Assembly: GCA_965603825.1 (NCBI GenBank)
Contig: CBFDEM010000020.1
Span: 62,001 to 126,000, forward strand
From: Blepharisma stoltei ATCC 30299
Taxonomy: Eukaryota > Protista > Ciliophora
Length of the DNA stretch: 64,000 nt
Direction of reading: 5' to 3'
In this document: piece after piece, positions 23,969 through 37,094 of the stretch
How the letters are laid out: each line of letters begins with the position of its first letter
Position numbering within the stretch: the stretch's first letter is position 1
Program-made: the position numbers and the translations under genes
Notes under the pieces: generated by a model
Database searches by the model: none
The model's input: the letters and a program-made list of their open reading frames with translations, nothing else
What the model was told of the DNA's origin: nothing

Positions 23969-26503
23969 ATGTTATCTAAAGCAAAAAGTCACAATGAATC
24001 AATACATTCAAGCGGCTATGAGAGTGTTTCTCACATAGAAGAAGACGACGACGCTAGCCTATCATTGTCGTTTTCTTCCTTAAGAAGTTCGCATTCGCAC
24101 TTGGTTTCAAAAGTCACCCTCCCTGAATTTATGTTTCATAAGTCAGGTTTTATGAGGGTAAAATGAGATATATTTATCATTATTGTAGTCTTATATAACA
24201 CGTTCACTATCCCTTATATTTTAGGTTTTGCTATAGAAGAAATGGCAAACCCTTCAATTAAAGCTATTGGGCTTATTAATATGATAGTTTTTTCAGGTGA
24301 TATAATAATGAATTTTAGAACCACTTATTATGACTCCACTTCCGGTGATGAAGTGTTTGACACTAAAGAAATAGCTATTAACTATTTAAAAAATAGGCTT
24401 GTTTTTGATATACTAGCTGCTTTACCTTCAGAATATTTTTATGACATTCCTGCATTTACACTGTTCAAGCTTACAAAACTAGAAAGGATCCTTAAAGTTA
24501 CCAATGATTTGATGTTCATGAAAATGACTGAATGGATTAAGCTTTTTATTAGATTTTGCACAATTTTGTTATGGCTTGGTATTTATCTTCATCTTTTAGC
24601 TTGCTTTTGGTTTTATTTAGTAAATGAACAAGATGATAGTCACTCTTGGGTGCCGCCTTGCCTTTCTCTAGACTCTAACTTAAAATATCTATATGAGTCT
24701 CCCAATTATTTTAAATACTCCCAGGCCTTATATGCGATGGTTTTTGCATATTCTGGGATTGAATTTTGGCCTCGCACAACCCTTCAATATGCAATAGGTG
24801 GAATTCTAGTACTAGTCGGCTCAATCATTACTGCTGTCGTCTTCGGTCAAATTTCAGTCATCATGGCAAGCTTGACCCGAGAATCCCAAAGACTAAGCGA
24901 CCTACACGATGTTGTTAATACCGCAATGAGAAACATGAAGTTGCCTGATGAGCTCCAAATGAAAATCACTGACTATTTAACCTCCTCATTCAAAATTTTA
25001 GACCAGCAAGAAAGCTACGAAGATTTTTCAAAATTAATTCCCCCTAGTAAAAAACAAAAAATCAGTGCGTGTTTATTTGAAAAAGTTTTTAGGGAAAGTG
25101 AGTTTTTTGAAGGAAATTCACAATTGATAAAATTTGTTTTGCAAAAATTAGATAGTCAGTTTTTTCAGCCGGAATATTCTGTTGTAAATCAGTTTGATAC
25201 TGAGGATTGCATTTATTTTGTAGGGATGGGGTCTTGTGAAGTAGAAGTCTTAGATGAGTATAAAAATTCACATTCTGTCAGAATATTGGAACCAGGCTCT
25301 TATTTTGGAGAAGTTTCAGCGCTTTATAAGACACCTAGAACTGCAAGTGTTAAAACTCGGACTTATTCTACCCTTGCTGTTATAACAAAACCTATTCTTG
25401 GTGAACTTTTAAAAAAATTCCCTGAAGTAAAGCAAACTTTTTTGAACTCAGTTTCCACTTATAAAGATAATTATAAGTCCTTCCTAAAGCGAACCTTAGC
25501 TAGAGTCCCATATTTTGATAACATCTCACCAAGAGCAGCAGACCATTTAATTTATTCCCTTGATGTCGAAAACTATGCCCCAAACTCATACCTTTTCCAA
25601 CAAGGCCAAACTATTGATAAAGCATTTTTAATTTTAGAAGGAAAAGTCCAGATAATTTTTGTCGTTTTTGATAGTAACCTTACATATATTTTGAAAAATA
25701 AACATAGGCATTCTTCAGTTTATGGTGGAGAAAATTTAGGATTAAGCTCAAGAAGTAAAAAAAGCAACTCAGGGTATGGGAATTTAAAAGGAGTCAAAAT
25801 AGTTATAGATGAGCTAGGCATGGGAAGTGTGTTATGCTCCAGGCATTTATTAATGCAATATCCAGCTACAGTTATTTGTAGAGTTATTGAGCCTACAAGG
25901 GTTATGGTAATTACAAATCCTGATCTTGAAGACTTATTGGTAGATTTTCCAAAATTGAAGAGGAAAATAGAAGCTCAAAAAATTGAAATGCAAGTTTGGG
26001 ATAATTTCAGGCAAGAGTACCTAAGAAAACAAATCCCATTAGACTATTCCAAATGCTTTAAATACGACAAAACTGCCAACCGAAAAGCTTGGAAATCCAA
26101 AATCAAAGTAAAAAATGAAGTGATTAAGCTTATAATGAAAAAGCGAAATAGAAAAAACACCAAAGTCACTAGCAGCGTCAAAGCTATGGTCGAAAAAATC
26201 CGAGCTATTGTGACTGCTGAAGAAAAAGGCCATACTGCGATAGCCCTGAAAATTTCAAAAGGAGAAATCCCACCTGAAGCGTTAGAAGTGATTGACTTTT
26301 TAGACTCAGAAAAAATCACAAACCCAGTTTTAACCCAATTTGCGATAAAAACCAAAGAACTGTCAAAAGTTGTAGGCACACTTTCTCACAAGATGAGCTC
26401 AATGAATGAAAAATTAATAAATGTAGAAACTGCATGCGACGATATTGGTAGAAAAATAAGCAGACTGCAGGAGACTACCAAAGCGTTAGAGCTATCTTTA
26501 TAA
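23969..26503 (+). CDS. Cyclic-nucleotide-binding-domain cation channel (EAG/HCN/CNG-like) with two CNBDs, about 844 aa
   Basis: RVKW(TGA)DIFII S1, NFRTTYYD, IAINYLK..FDILAALP, HLLACFWF, C-linker, YFGEVSAL..PRTASV, a second degenerate CNBD and a C-terminal coiled coil. Confidence 0.9.
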
Positions 26504-26517
26504 AGTGATTATTAAGA

Positions 26518-29500
26518 TTAAGTAGTTGTATCTTTAATCGATAATATTTGTTGTAATGCTACGTCCTTTGGAATTTTATTGTTCATTGCAGTGACAGTTT
26601 CAAATACTTTTAGCAAGCCAGCAATAAGTGTGCTTGATATGATTATATTGCTAACCATATCACGCATTTCGAATGTAATAGTTTCGCCAACTTTTAAAAA
26701 CTTGCAATGCTTGATTTGTTTTAACTTGAGACCGGCTTTCTTTTCACCTTCTATGAAGAGTAAAACTCTGACAGAAGTGATGAGGATCATAACGTCGTTT
26801 AAGTCTTCAAAGTTTTGGTACATTACAAGTCTTTCCCATTTATTCTTGATATTTGTTCTTAAAAATTCTTGGGCTTGTGCAATCTCATGGTTATATTTTT
26901 CAACAACCATAGTTGTTGAAAATTGCCTTGGAAATCTTGATCTCCCATGCAGACGTTGCTTATTTTTATCATCCCACGCCGTAGAATTTGCTACACCTGA
27001 TGATACAGAAGTCCCAAAATGCAAAATCGCTGAAAATGGCGCAGAAATTGCCCCAAACAGCCCAATTCCGACCCCTTTGATAAATCCTTTTGCGCCTTGT
27101 TTTTTCGCCCCTTTGAATGGTTTTGTAAAAATCCCAGTCACCCCTTCACCCAAATCTTTAACTCCTCCTACAACTCCATAAAACGTCCCAGTGACCACAT
27201 TTCTTGTTTCTTTAATTCTATCAGCCCCTTCTTCATCTCCACTGACATTTTTGAGAACTCCATACAAGCTTCCTGTTATTTTTGAAATGCTCCCAAACCC
27301 TCCTGTAACCACCCCTCCTACTAGGCCTTTTACGCCTTTTCCTACCCCTTTCACAAACTCTTTAGGGTTTTTTAATAGTCCTTTATAAGGTTCACTAATG
27401 AACTGGTAGACTCCTTTTCCAAGTTTATCGATCAGCTGCACAGGATTTCCTATTAAATCGCTTGATCCGAGAATTTTGTAGAGCTGGTAAAGTCCTTGTT
27501 TTACGTAATGGGTAATGATTTTTCGTTGGAGGTCTGGGATGGTACTGAAAACGTCGTTCATTTTTAGCTGATTAAGCTTGATAGGTGTTTCTGAAATATT
27601 AATGATCGCTCCTCCAACAGATGACAAAATTTGCCCAATCCCAAACATCTGCCTTGGATCATTTTCCATTTCAAACCTTTGTTTTGAGCTCTTAAAAGTC
27701 AAGTTTAAATGGAGGGATTCCAAATTCATTTCATTAATAAACACACTGTTTGCTTTTTGGTTAGGGATAAATGATAGCGATAAATTAGAAGGATCTAAAT
27801 ATTTATCTGTACTCACAGCAGACACAATGTACATAGTATTAGACCTCATCATCGAGGGCTCTGCTATAGAATCCATCAAACTGCGCAGCACAGACAGCGA
27901 CATTCTTACTACAGGCTGATCTAATTGGATTTTAAACTCTTGCAAACACAGCCTTACATTATAAAATTGATCTAAAATCACGCTTTCTGTCAGTGGATTG
28001 CTTAGAGTTTTTCTACTAAAATCAAGCTGGAAAAATGGCACCACTTCTTCAGGGATTGGCAATGGGGAAAAAATGACAGAAAATTGCTTTCCTCGAGCTA
28101 TCATATTATCAATTTGGAAATTTCCAAGCTTATAGTAGAATTTAAGTATTTGTTCAAGCTTAGAAGAAATCATAGACTGCTTTACCTTGGCAAAAATGGT
28201 GATTTTATCAAAACTTATATAAAAAATCTCAGCAGGGGCATCAGTTATTAACGAAATCCCAACCCTTTTCAGTTCAATTTTAGCTTGGAAATTAAAAAGT
28301 TTAGTAGATGCCCTATACTTGTGTAAAGGATTTGTGATGCTTTTTATAAACTCATCATTCCCTTCTTTAAAAATCTTATCAATAACGCACAGTTCTCTTG
28401 CACAGCCATTAAGTCCTACATTAACTTCATAATCCAGCATTTTTTTCTTTTTTTTCTTTTTATTAGAAACTTCATCAATTGGGAAAGTCCTGACTTCTTC
28501 TTTTATAGTCAGACATACATCTCTAGAGTCTAGCGGGTTAAATATAATAGGAATATAAGACCCAGGTAAAATTTCGTGCTCCTGGTATTTTGGGTTTTTC
28601 ATGAATTTTTTTTCTTCAGGACTGGCATTTTCGTCTTTTTTTATTTTCTTTTTTATGGCTTTTGCCTTTAAATTTTCGGCGGTTTGGTTGATTACGACGA
28701 ATTCTGGGTTGTCAGGCAAAGAAAGATGGACAAAAATGGTGGCTTGGTCTTCCGTTGTGGTGATGACGCGGATTGTATAGTGGTATTCGTTAGAAGAATT
28801 AGGAAGGTTCCATTTAATTGACCTGAAAAAGGCAGCTAGGCCTTTTCATTTGTCTGGGATTTCTATTTGATCAGGCTTTTCTGCTGGAATTCTCATTTGG
28901 TAGTCAAAAAGAGCATCAATATCAAATAAAGGCCCCCATTCGTGTCCTCCAGCTTTTGCCCTAAGCAGCCTCTTTTTTCCATGCGTAAACTTAGTAAAGG
29001 CTTTCTTTTCGCCTGATTTTAGCTCTATTTCAACTAATTTCCCATTTTCTAGCTGCAGAAGAGAAATATCAAAATTCAAGCCATTTTCAATCACATATCT
29101 TGGGACAAATTTAATGACTGTCGACTTGATCATAGGGGAGCTTGCATTTTCTCTTATAATACCTATAGAAATATCTTCAGTGTCCTCAGGACGATATTTA
29201 ATATCAATAGAATCTGCGACACCAGCTGCATCTATATTAAAGTTCCTAGACCACTCACTATTGGTTTCCAGCTTAGCCTGAAGCTTTTTTTCATTGTGGC
29301 TTAAAAACCCAATAGACCTATTGTAAACAGTCACATTTTCTTCAGTTGAAAAAATCAGATTGTGCTCTGTTTTATTTACAATAATAAAAGGTGTATAAAC
29401 TTCTATTAACTTCGCCCCGCACCATTTAGCTTCTTCTATATTTTCGTCTTTTTTCGACTTTTTCAGTTCTCTTGACCTTAGGTCAGTAGTGTCATTTTTT

Positions 29501-32500
29501 AAATAAGATTTTTTTGATATATCCATTGTTAAAGAAGTAGCAGTCATCACAGCTCCATCTTCTTCTCCTTCCAATTCTAGCGGTGCTACTTTTAAGTTCA
29601 TCTTTTCAGTTGGCTTCATCTCAAAAATATTTTCAAGTCTGCATACTTCTGTAGTGATTTTTTCTCGAGGACTATTATGAGCTCTTAGCTTGAAGTTTTC
29701 TAATTTTTTGACATTGTAAATATCTCGTGATGACCCTGGGTTTATAAACCCACTTTGATTTTCTGATGAAATGTACGTTAAAGTGCAAGGAAGAAGATTT
29801 CTTAAGACTATTGGTGGGTTAAATTGGAAAAATGACTGCGTCATTTTTTTAGCTACTTTTAGCTCTAAAATTTCAAAAGCAATGCATTTGTCACTTTCTG
29901 ATTCCTCAGAAGTGGGGTTTGTAATTAAAGTTGGTCTATCCAAAATAGTCCCATTACATGTTAAGCTTTCATTTAGTCAGTTTGTAGGCAATGGAACTGA
30001 AGAAAACGAAGGGAGCTCGATTTCTCCAAGCTTAGAGGCAATTTTTAGATTTATATGGGTGTTGTTCATGAGGGTTTTATTTGACTGAATTTTAATGATT
30101 CTTTCATTATTTCTGCATTCAACCTCAATAATCACAATTTCGTCACCAATTTTTCGACCTTTAGTCTTAGAATCCTCCATCCCAAAAGCTTTTGACCAAT
30201 TTTCTCCAATTCTCATTATAAGTTTTGCAGGCGCTCTTATATTTTTTGAAGTCCCTTTTTTTGAGTAAATCTGATTTAAGCTTTTTTGCGAATAATATGC
30301 GCAGATTGTATCAGTTATTAAAGTTTCCTCAATGTTATCTTTATCGATTTTAATATAAACATCTTTGCCAAGCAGGTTTACAACTTTATACTCAATATCT
30401 TTATGCAGATTTTCTTTGGTCTCGTACTTATTTTCTTCTTCTGTTTTTTCTATTTTTGCTTTATTTCCAATAGCGTACATCATTGTTCCAATCATTTTCA
30501 TTAAATCGTAAGTAACATTGATATTCAAATCCTCGCTTGAACAGAAATTGATGTTAAATCGCTTGTTTTCGTCTTGAATTACATTAATTTCCATCACCCA
30601 ATCTTCAATTAAAGGCTCCCACGATGCCACATTTAAATTATAATAATTCATCAAGAATATTGTCGTAAATGTCACTGCAAGCTGAGGCATCACTTGTACA
30701 TTTGCCCCAAAATTGCTAAAACTGGCATGAAGAAGCTCATACGATTTTTTTAGTTTATCTTGGATTAATGTAAGCTGTAAGGAGTCACATAAAAGTACTA
30801 CCCTTAAAATATCTTTACTTGGGGCCTGCAATTCTTGTGGCTGCGCCACAACTTGTGCAGAATTTCCTGACTGCTCTGGAGTTATTGATGTCCATTTAGC
30901 CGCGAGTTCTTTAAAGAAATCAATGTCTCTAAAACCAGTTGTTATATAAATACTTTCTAAGTTTATTTCAGCCTCGCTTACAGTCAGAGCATTTTTATTT
31001 TCTTTTTTCGAAGAAAAATTAATAATAATTCTTGATGGGGTAATGAAATCTTGAACCTGCCAAGAATTTGGCAAAATTAAATGGCTTTTACAGGTACCTA
31101 ATTGGATTGTGAAATGGCGGACTTCTAAGGCAAGCTCATCGTCAATAAGGATAGGGGAAGAATTTTCTGTGGTGTGGAGGGAGTTGTAATGGATAATTGG
31201 AGACCAGTTTATGCTTGCTATTTGGCAGTCGCTGGATTCTGAAAGAGGGAGCCATACTTCTAAGCAGCTGAGTGATAAGCTGATTTCCATAGTAGAAGAA
31301 ATAGATTTTGGGTCTTCAATTGGCTTCTCAATAATAACACTTGGAGATGGGGATTGAGATGGTGCCTGAGGAGAAGCAGCACCTACAAAGCTTTTAGAGA
31401 GTTCTAGTACACTTTTGATGAAGGAATGCACAAGGATTATTCGGATTCCGTTGACTAAGGCTGAAGCTTGGGTAATACCTTGTTTGCCATCGATTATAAC
31501 TCCTGCTCTTACTTGATAAATTTCATTTGAACTTAACTGCTGGTCTTCTAAGACTATATCAGTGCCATTTTCTGAGGTAACCTGAGGGTTTGACATAATT
31601 GCTCTGAAATACACATTTTCCCTCAAATCAAGAATATCCATTCTTTTTAAGCTTAAATCTACCCCCATTCTTCCGCCCGCAAACATTTCGTATTCCACTC
31701 CGAATTCTTTAAACGCACATGACAAAATTTCTGATTTTTTATAAAAAATTGAAGTAGAAATTTCTTTGATTTCTAACAAAACTTTCATTGCGCTGCTGGG
31801 TTCTCCTGAAACTTCTATTGATTCTTCTTTGGCTAGAGAGAGGCTTGGGTTAGTATTTTCTTGTAAAGAAACTTGATTATTTAATACAGGATTTTCGCCC
31901 GGAGCTTGAAGAATTGGTTCTAACGTCTTCATTAACTTTTTCTGAAATTCTTGCCCAGTCTGTATCAGCTCATCACTAAAATTCATTTTAATTTTTTCCA
32001 GCTTGGCATTGATTATCATTGGTGTAACATTTTTTTCCTTAGTCGTCATAAATTTAAACTCAAAAGTCACAGGCTCAAGAATGTCACTTTCTGAACCTCC
32101 AAGCTTAAAATTAGTTAGCTCAAATGCATAAAACTCATAGCGAGTCCCATTAAACTGCTCATCACCATTGAAAATATTAAAATGGCCAAAATCTAATACA
32201 AAATAACCGTTTTCCATTCTTTCTAAATCTAATGGGATTTTAAACTTCGGCGCTGATAAGCTTAAATTTATTTTCATAGGCGCGCTTTCAGTCTGTGCTA
32301 CAGCTTCACCTACATACTGCTTGCTGAGCTCTACATAATAGTTAACCCTCGCATTAGCTTGCTTTTGGTAAAATTCTGAATCAATTTCTTGAATCAGCTC
32401 TTTTTGGAAGGTTTTATAAATTTCTAATAAACTGCCAATATTCACGTTATAGCACAAGTCGCCAGAGCTTACGTCTACACTATTTACCCCCACAGTCGAA

Positions 32501-34134
32501 TATTTCACTTGCAAGTGCCCGCTTTCCATCATATTCCTATTCCCCTCACAGATATTATCCGTAATATGCATAGAATTTATTTTTGCCTCCACGACCATAC
32601 TAGCCGGCTTCATGGCTACATTTACATAAGTATTCAAAATTTCTAGCGAGGAAAGCATTGATTTGGCAGAGTCCAAATGGAAACTTTGCCTTGCAATATT
32701 CAGCTGGAACGTAAACCTGTCATACATTTCCGGCATGTTTTTTTCGTCAAATGTATCAACCCCTTCAACAAGCTGCAAAATTTCGTTTCTGGCTTCACTA
32801 TGGGTGCCTGCTAAGATTTCTTCTAATTCTTGCTGACATTTAGCGATTTTTGCTTCCATTTCATCTTTTTCTTTTTGTAGAGTGTCTTCTGACTTCCCAT
32901 AGCCAAACCAGCTTTTCATAGAGCTTGCTTTGGAGGGTTTGTAGCTTTCTTTGATATCTTCAATTTCTTTGCGCTTGGCGTCTGCAAGCTTTTTTACCCC
33001 GATTTCGTTGATGACTTCTTCTCGTTGTTTTATAATATCAGAAACCTCAAAAATTTCTTCCATTCTTTGCAGCTCAGTTAAATTCTCCTCCGCGAATTTT
33101 TTGGACTGTTTGTTATTATCTACGCTGAATTTTTTCCAATTTCCATAAGTAGTTCTATATCTGATAACGTCTTCTTGGGTCATGGTTTTATAGGTTTCTG
33201 ACTTAGCAACGCCTTCTCTGAATTGAAAGAACTGAGAAATATACTCCCCAAGTTTTATAAAATGAGTCAGCTGGGTCACAGCCACCCCAACCTTAATTGA
33301 TTTAGAAGTAACACATACTGCATATTGAGGCTTGGAAATATCTTTTACGTTTTTATTCATAATCAGCTCAATTCTTAAAGAAATCGGCGAAATAAGGTAC
33401 CTATGAGGAATTTGCTCCCCAAAATCTTGCTGAGCTAGATGCTCAAATGATTGTCTTTCTTGCATCCCTGGTACATGTTCAAAAGCTACAAGGGGAAACC
33501 CATCTCCAAAATCCGAATAAACTGCGAAGTTTTTCAGCTTAATAAGCTTAAAACAGATCAAGCTGCTTTCCATAAATTGTGGCTCCCAGCTTGAGTTACA
33601 GGTAAAACAGCTGATTTCTTCGATTTTTAAGCCAAGTGCAAATTTTTGAGAAAAAGATTCAGAATCTTCAACTCTTATATAAACATTTTTTAGTTCTATC
33701 TGAATATTGTCAACAATTTTCGTAATTAATTTTTCGACCATGCCTGGGCTGCTTTCTACAGAGACTTCTTCAGAATTCATGACCTCGAATTTGTCAATTT
33801 GGGAACGACGAGATTTTTGGTTAATAGTCCGCTGTTCTTGTTCATCCCATTGGGATTTTGGGTGGGGCAGGAGTAGGACGATTACATCTTTGATGATGAC
33901 TTTTAGAGGGCTTGATCCTAAGGAAGTTCATGGAATTTCGACCTGTATGGTTCCAACATAACCACTGCCTAATTTAAAGGGAAGACCAAGCTTATCCAGG
34001 GCTTCTGATTTTACACGGAGGTTTTCAAGAGAAATGGTTCCACTGAATATTGATAAGTTTAGCTGATCTGGGTTAAGATTTTCTATAAAGTCGCCTAAGA
34101 CACTGTTAAGGACCTTGGAAACAGCCTTATTCAT
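26518..34134 (-). CDS. VPS13: VPS13-family lipid transfer protein, about 2538 aa
   Basis: Chorein N-terminus (LGDFIENL..QLNLSIFSG..LENL, IQVEIPW[TGA]), KIVDNIQIELKNVYIRVED, YYNLNVASWEPLIEDW, ATG2-C-like ILGSSDLIGNPV and KPFKGAKKQGAKGF. Four fragments share one frame. Confidence 0.95.
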
Positions 34135-34757
34135 ATTTAGAGTTTATCAGCCATAAACGAAATACTGCTCTAAAATAAAAATAGACTTAAGGAACATAAA
34201 CAAAGAGCTTAGAATTATTTAATTCAGAGACAGTATACCTAAATAATCGCAAACTGATGTATTTATTTTACTATGGAATATAAAGAAAAGAAATATTTAG
34301 CTAGAACAATCTAAAAATGCTTTAAAAGGCGGATTTTATGAGACTCAGAATAATTATTTTAGCAATTTTTGGATTATGAAGAGAAGACATGCATGAAGTA
34401 GACTCAGAGGATTTTAGACTTACAGCTTCCATATAAAAATGAAGATTATTAAAAATCCTGACTTGATTCTCTTATATGCATGATAATGAAGGGTATTATT
34501 TATAATTTATTTTTATCATTATATTAATGTAAATTTTTAATTATTTGATATATTAGTATTTTTTGAATTATAGTTTCCCTGAAATGAAATAAATATATCC
34601 TTCCACGTATTCTCTGCTTTTATTTTTCTTTAATTATATTTTGTTAAAGCTTAAGCATTGGGACCATTTTGAGGAATCTTTAGCCTGAAATAATTATTCA
34701 CTAAATCAAAAGAATTTTTCACTTTAGCCATAATGAATAAAACTTATAATTTTATAA

Positions 34758-34934
34758 ATGGATCAAACTGTTGAACATCTGAAGAATTGACTTATTTCTG
34801 TTGGAGTACCACAAGACAAAGCTGCTGAAGTTGCAGAGAAATTCAAGCAAAATATATTTGCCGAAGTCGAGCATTTATCATTGGATGATTTAGATTCTTT
34901 AGCGAAACAAATGCAAGCGAGATACCCAGTATAA
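34758..34934 (+). CDS. 58-aa microprotein, SAM-like helical pattern
   Basis: ATG in a TAAATG context. MDQTVEHLKNW(TGA)LISVGVPQDKAAEVAEKFKQNIFAEVEHLSLDDLDSLAKQMQARYPV*. Not in the ORF track. Confidence 0.6.
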
Positions 34935-34987
34935 CTTCATCATAATAAATCTATATTAGGTAATATTTCATTTCTAGAATATGATAA

Positions 34988-35830
34988 ATGCTTTTTTTAA
35001 GAAGAAATCTCTTTAAGAGGTGTTTTGCAACAATCAATTTTAACAAGGACTACTACAAAACTCTAGGAATAAACAAGAATGCATCTAAGGCTGACATAAG
35101 GAAAGCTTATTTAAATCTTGCAAAGCAATATCATCCTGACTCGCCAACAGGAAATGAAGAGAAATTCAAAGATATTGGAGAAGCCTATGAAATCTTAGGC
35201 GATGAAAGCACAAAATCACAATATGATATGGGAAAAGCCAGCGGGCAACAAGGAACTCACTATGATAATCCATATTCTGACTTTTGGGGAAGATCCCAAA
35301 AAGGCAGAACTTATCAGCAATACCAAAACCAATATCAGAACCAATATCAAAATACAGGGAAAAATAGACAACAAAAAAACACATATTACTATGAATCTTA
35401 TAACCCATTCACAGGGAAAAAGACTTATTATACCTATGAAGAGAATAGCAATTCCAGAAATCAAGGCCAAAATTTTAATAAAGAATGGGAAGAGCTTTTA
35501 AAGGAATTTAATAAAGCCAATTTTAGAGCAGGCCCATTCAAAAATCCGTTCACAGATTTTTTTAAACAAAGCCAGCAGCAGTACAACCAGCAATACCAAG
35601 ACCCATTTCAGGACTTTTATAAACCTAGAAGATCAACGATAGGAGAAATTTTCATAAGAGGATTAAAGATTTTTGGATGAATTGTGCTATTTTCTCTATT
35701 TAGCAGAATTTTATTTGGATCACGCAAGCCTCCACCTGTAGATAGATATGGCAACCCAATAGAATACCAAGATGAATATCAATATAGGCCAAGACAAGAT
35801 CCTTATTATGACCCTAATCGTAGATTTTAA
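34988..35830 (+). CDS. DnaJ-domain protein, likely mitochondrial, with a C-terminal TM helix, about 280 aa
   Basis: Presequence-like [15 protein letters not shown]-domain [29 protein letters not shown]-rich linker, and a TM segment spanning TGA 35678-35680. Confidence 0.9.
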
Positions 35831-36011
35831 GTGACTTAAAATAATATTTTATTTCAATGTTTAAGCAAGTATCTTTTCTCCTTTAAAATCTTATGATTTT
35901 ATTATTGTATTGCTTGATATCGATAACCGCATAATTTCGTATTAAAATATGTGCTTAAAAGATAAATGAATACCAAAAAATAATTAAAGCAAATCTTACT
36001 AGTTAAAAAAA

Positions 36012-36084
36012 AGCCTCCATCCGGGTTTGAACCGGAGACCTTTTGCTTACTAAGCAAATGCTCTGCCGACTGAGCTATAGAGGC
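36012..36084 (-). tRNA. tRNA-Thr (anticodon AGT)
   Basis: GCCTCTA TAGCTCAGTCGGCAGAGC A TTTGC TT AGT AA GCAAA AGGTC TCCGG TTCAAAC CCGGA TGGAGGC T folds as a cloverleaf and is followed by an oligo-T Pol III terminator. Confidence 0.96.
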
Positions 36085-36199
36085 AACAATTCTACTTTTT
36101 ATCTTCATCTATAAATACCATCTATAGAAATAAATTTTAAATTGATGCTACTAATATCCATTTCATCAAAACAAAACGCTTTATAATCCATTATTTCTA

Positions 36200-37072
36200 A
36201 TGAATCCACTGATCTCAGTCCAAGACTTCACAAATCAAGCCGCAGAATCTTTTAACATTGTCTATTGTGCCCCTCCTTCACATTCCCAATCTTCATTTAT
36301 CCCTGGGTCTTACATTTATCATATTTCAGAGAACACTGAAGAATTCATCAAAGATGCCCGCAGTATAGAGTTTGACGAAGAAGAACGAACCATCATCTGC
36401 TACGACGACGGTGACTTCTCCTATGCCTGCAAAGCTTATTGAGGATTCCGAGCCACAGGTGTCGACGAAGTCAGGATTTTAATTGGTGGCTTAAAAGCTT
36501 GCCAAGAAATTGGCTTGGAGCTTGATGAAGGTGAGCCACCAGAAATTACTAGATCTAACCATCCGTATTTGCCCTTTAATAACTCAATAGTTATCACAAA
36601 AGAAGAATTCGCGAAGAAAAGCGTTTATTGTCAACAAATCCTTAGGGCAAATAGCTTGCCGTTTAACTTATTAGATGCAAGAGGAAATATGATACTGCAA
36701 GCACAGCTGATGAAAAACTTGGAGACCAATGGAATCACGTTCAGTACTGGGAAATCGACAATTGTCCATGGAAAAGCTGCGTGCTTGTTAGGTCTTTTAT
36801 TGACATTTTTAGGGGAAAAATCAGTAAGTGTTGTTATTGATGACACGGAAGGGATTTTGGCAAGCAGCAAAGGGAAGGCGAAAAAGAGAGAATTGTCATT
36901 CCATATGGTGCCTGATGGAGGGGAAATACCTGATAGTGGAGCTACCAGGTCACCGAGAAAGTCAGGAGAAGAAAAGCATTATAAACTGCCAGTTGATGAC
37001 AAAAATGAGACAAAGAAGCCAGAGCCTGGAAGATCAAATACAATATGCTGCAACGCGTGTAGTCTATTTTAA
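36200..37072 (+). CDS. Tandem rhodanese-fold (TST/MST-like) protein, probably inactive, with Cys-rich CaaX-like end
   Basis: FIPGS, IICYDDGDFSYACKAYW(TGA)GFRATGVDEVRILIGGL match the N-terminal rhodanese domain. The C-terminus is CCNACSLF*. Confidence 0.75.
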
Positions 37073-37094
37073 GCTAAATTATTTCACAAATTAT

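Noticed and set aside
26579-27919. Long antisense ORFs over VPS13 (and similar ones over ATR, ADA2, RPL15 and others)
   Set aside because: They are shadow frames of real genes with no recognisable motifs.
35902-36108. 68-aa minus-strand ORF
   Set aside because: It is a translation through the tRNA-Thr gene.
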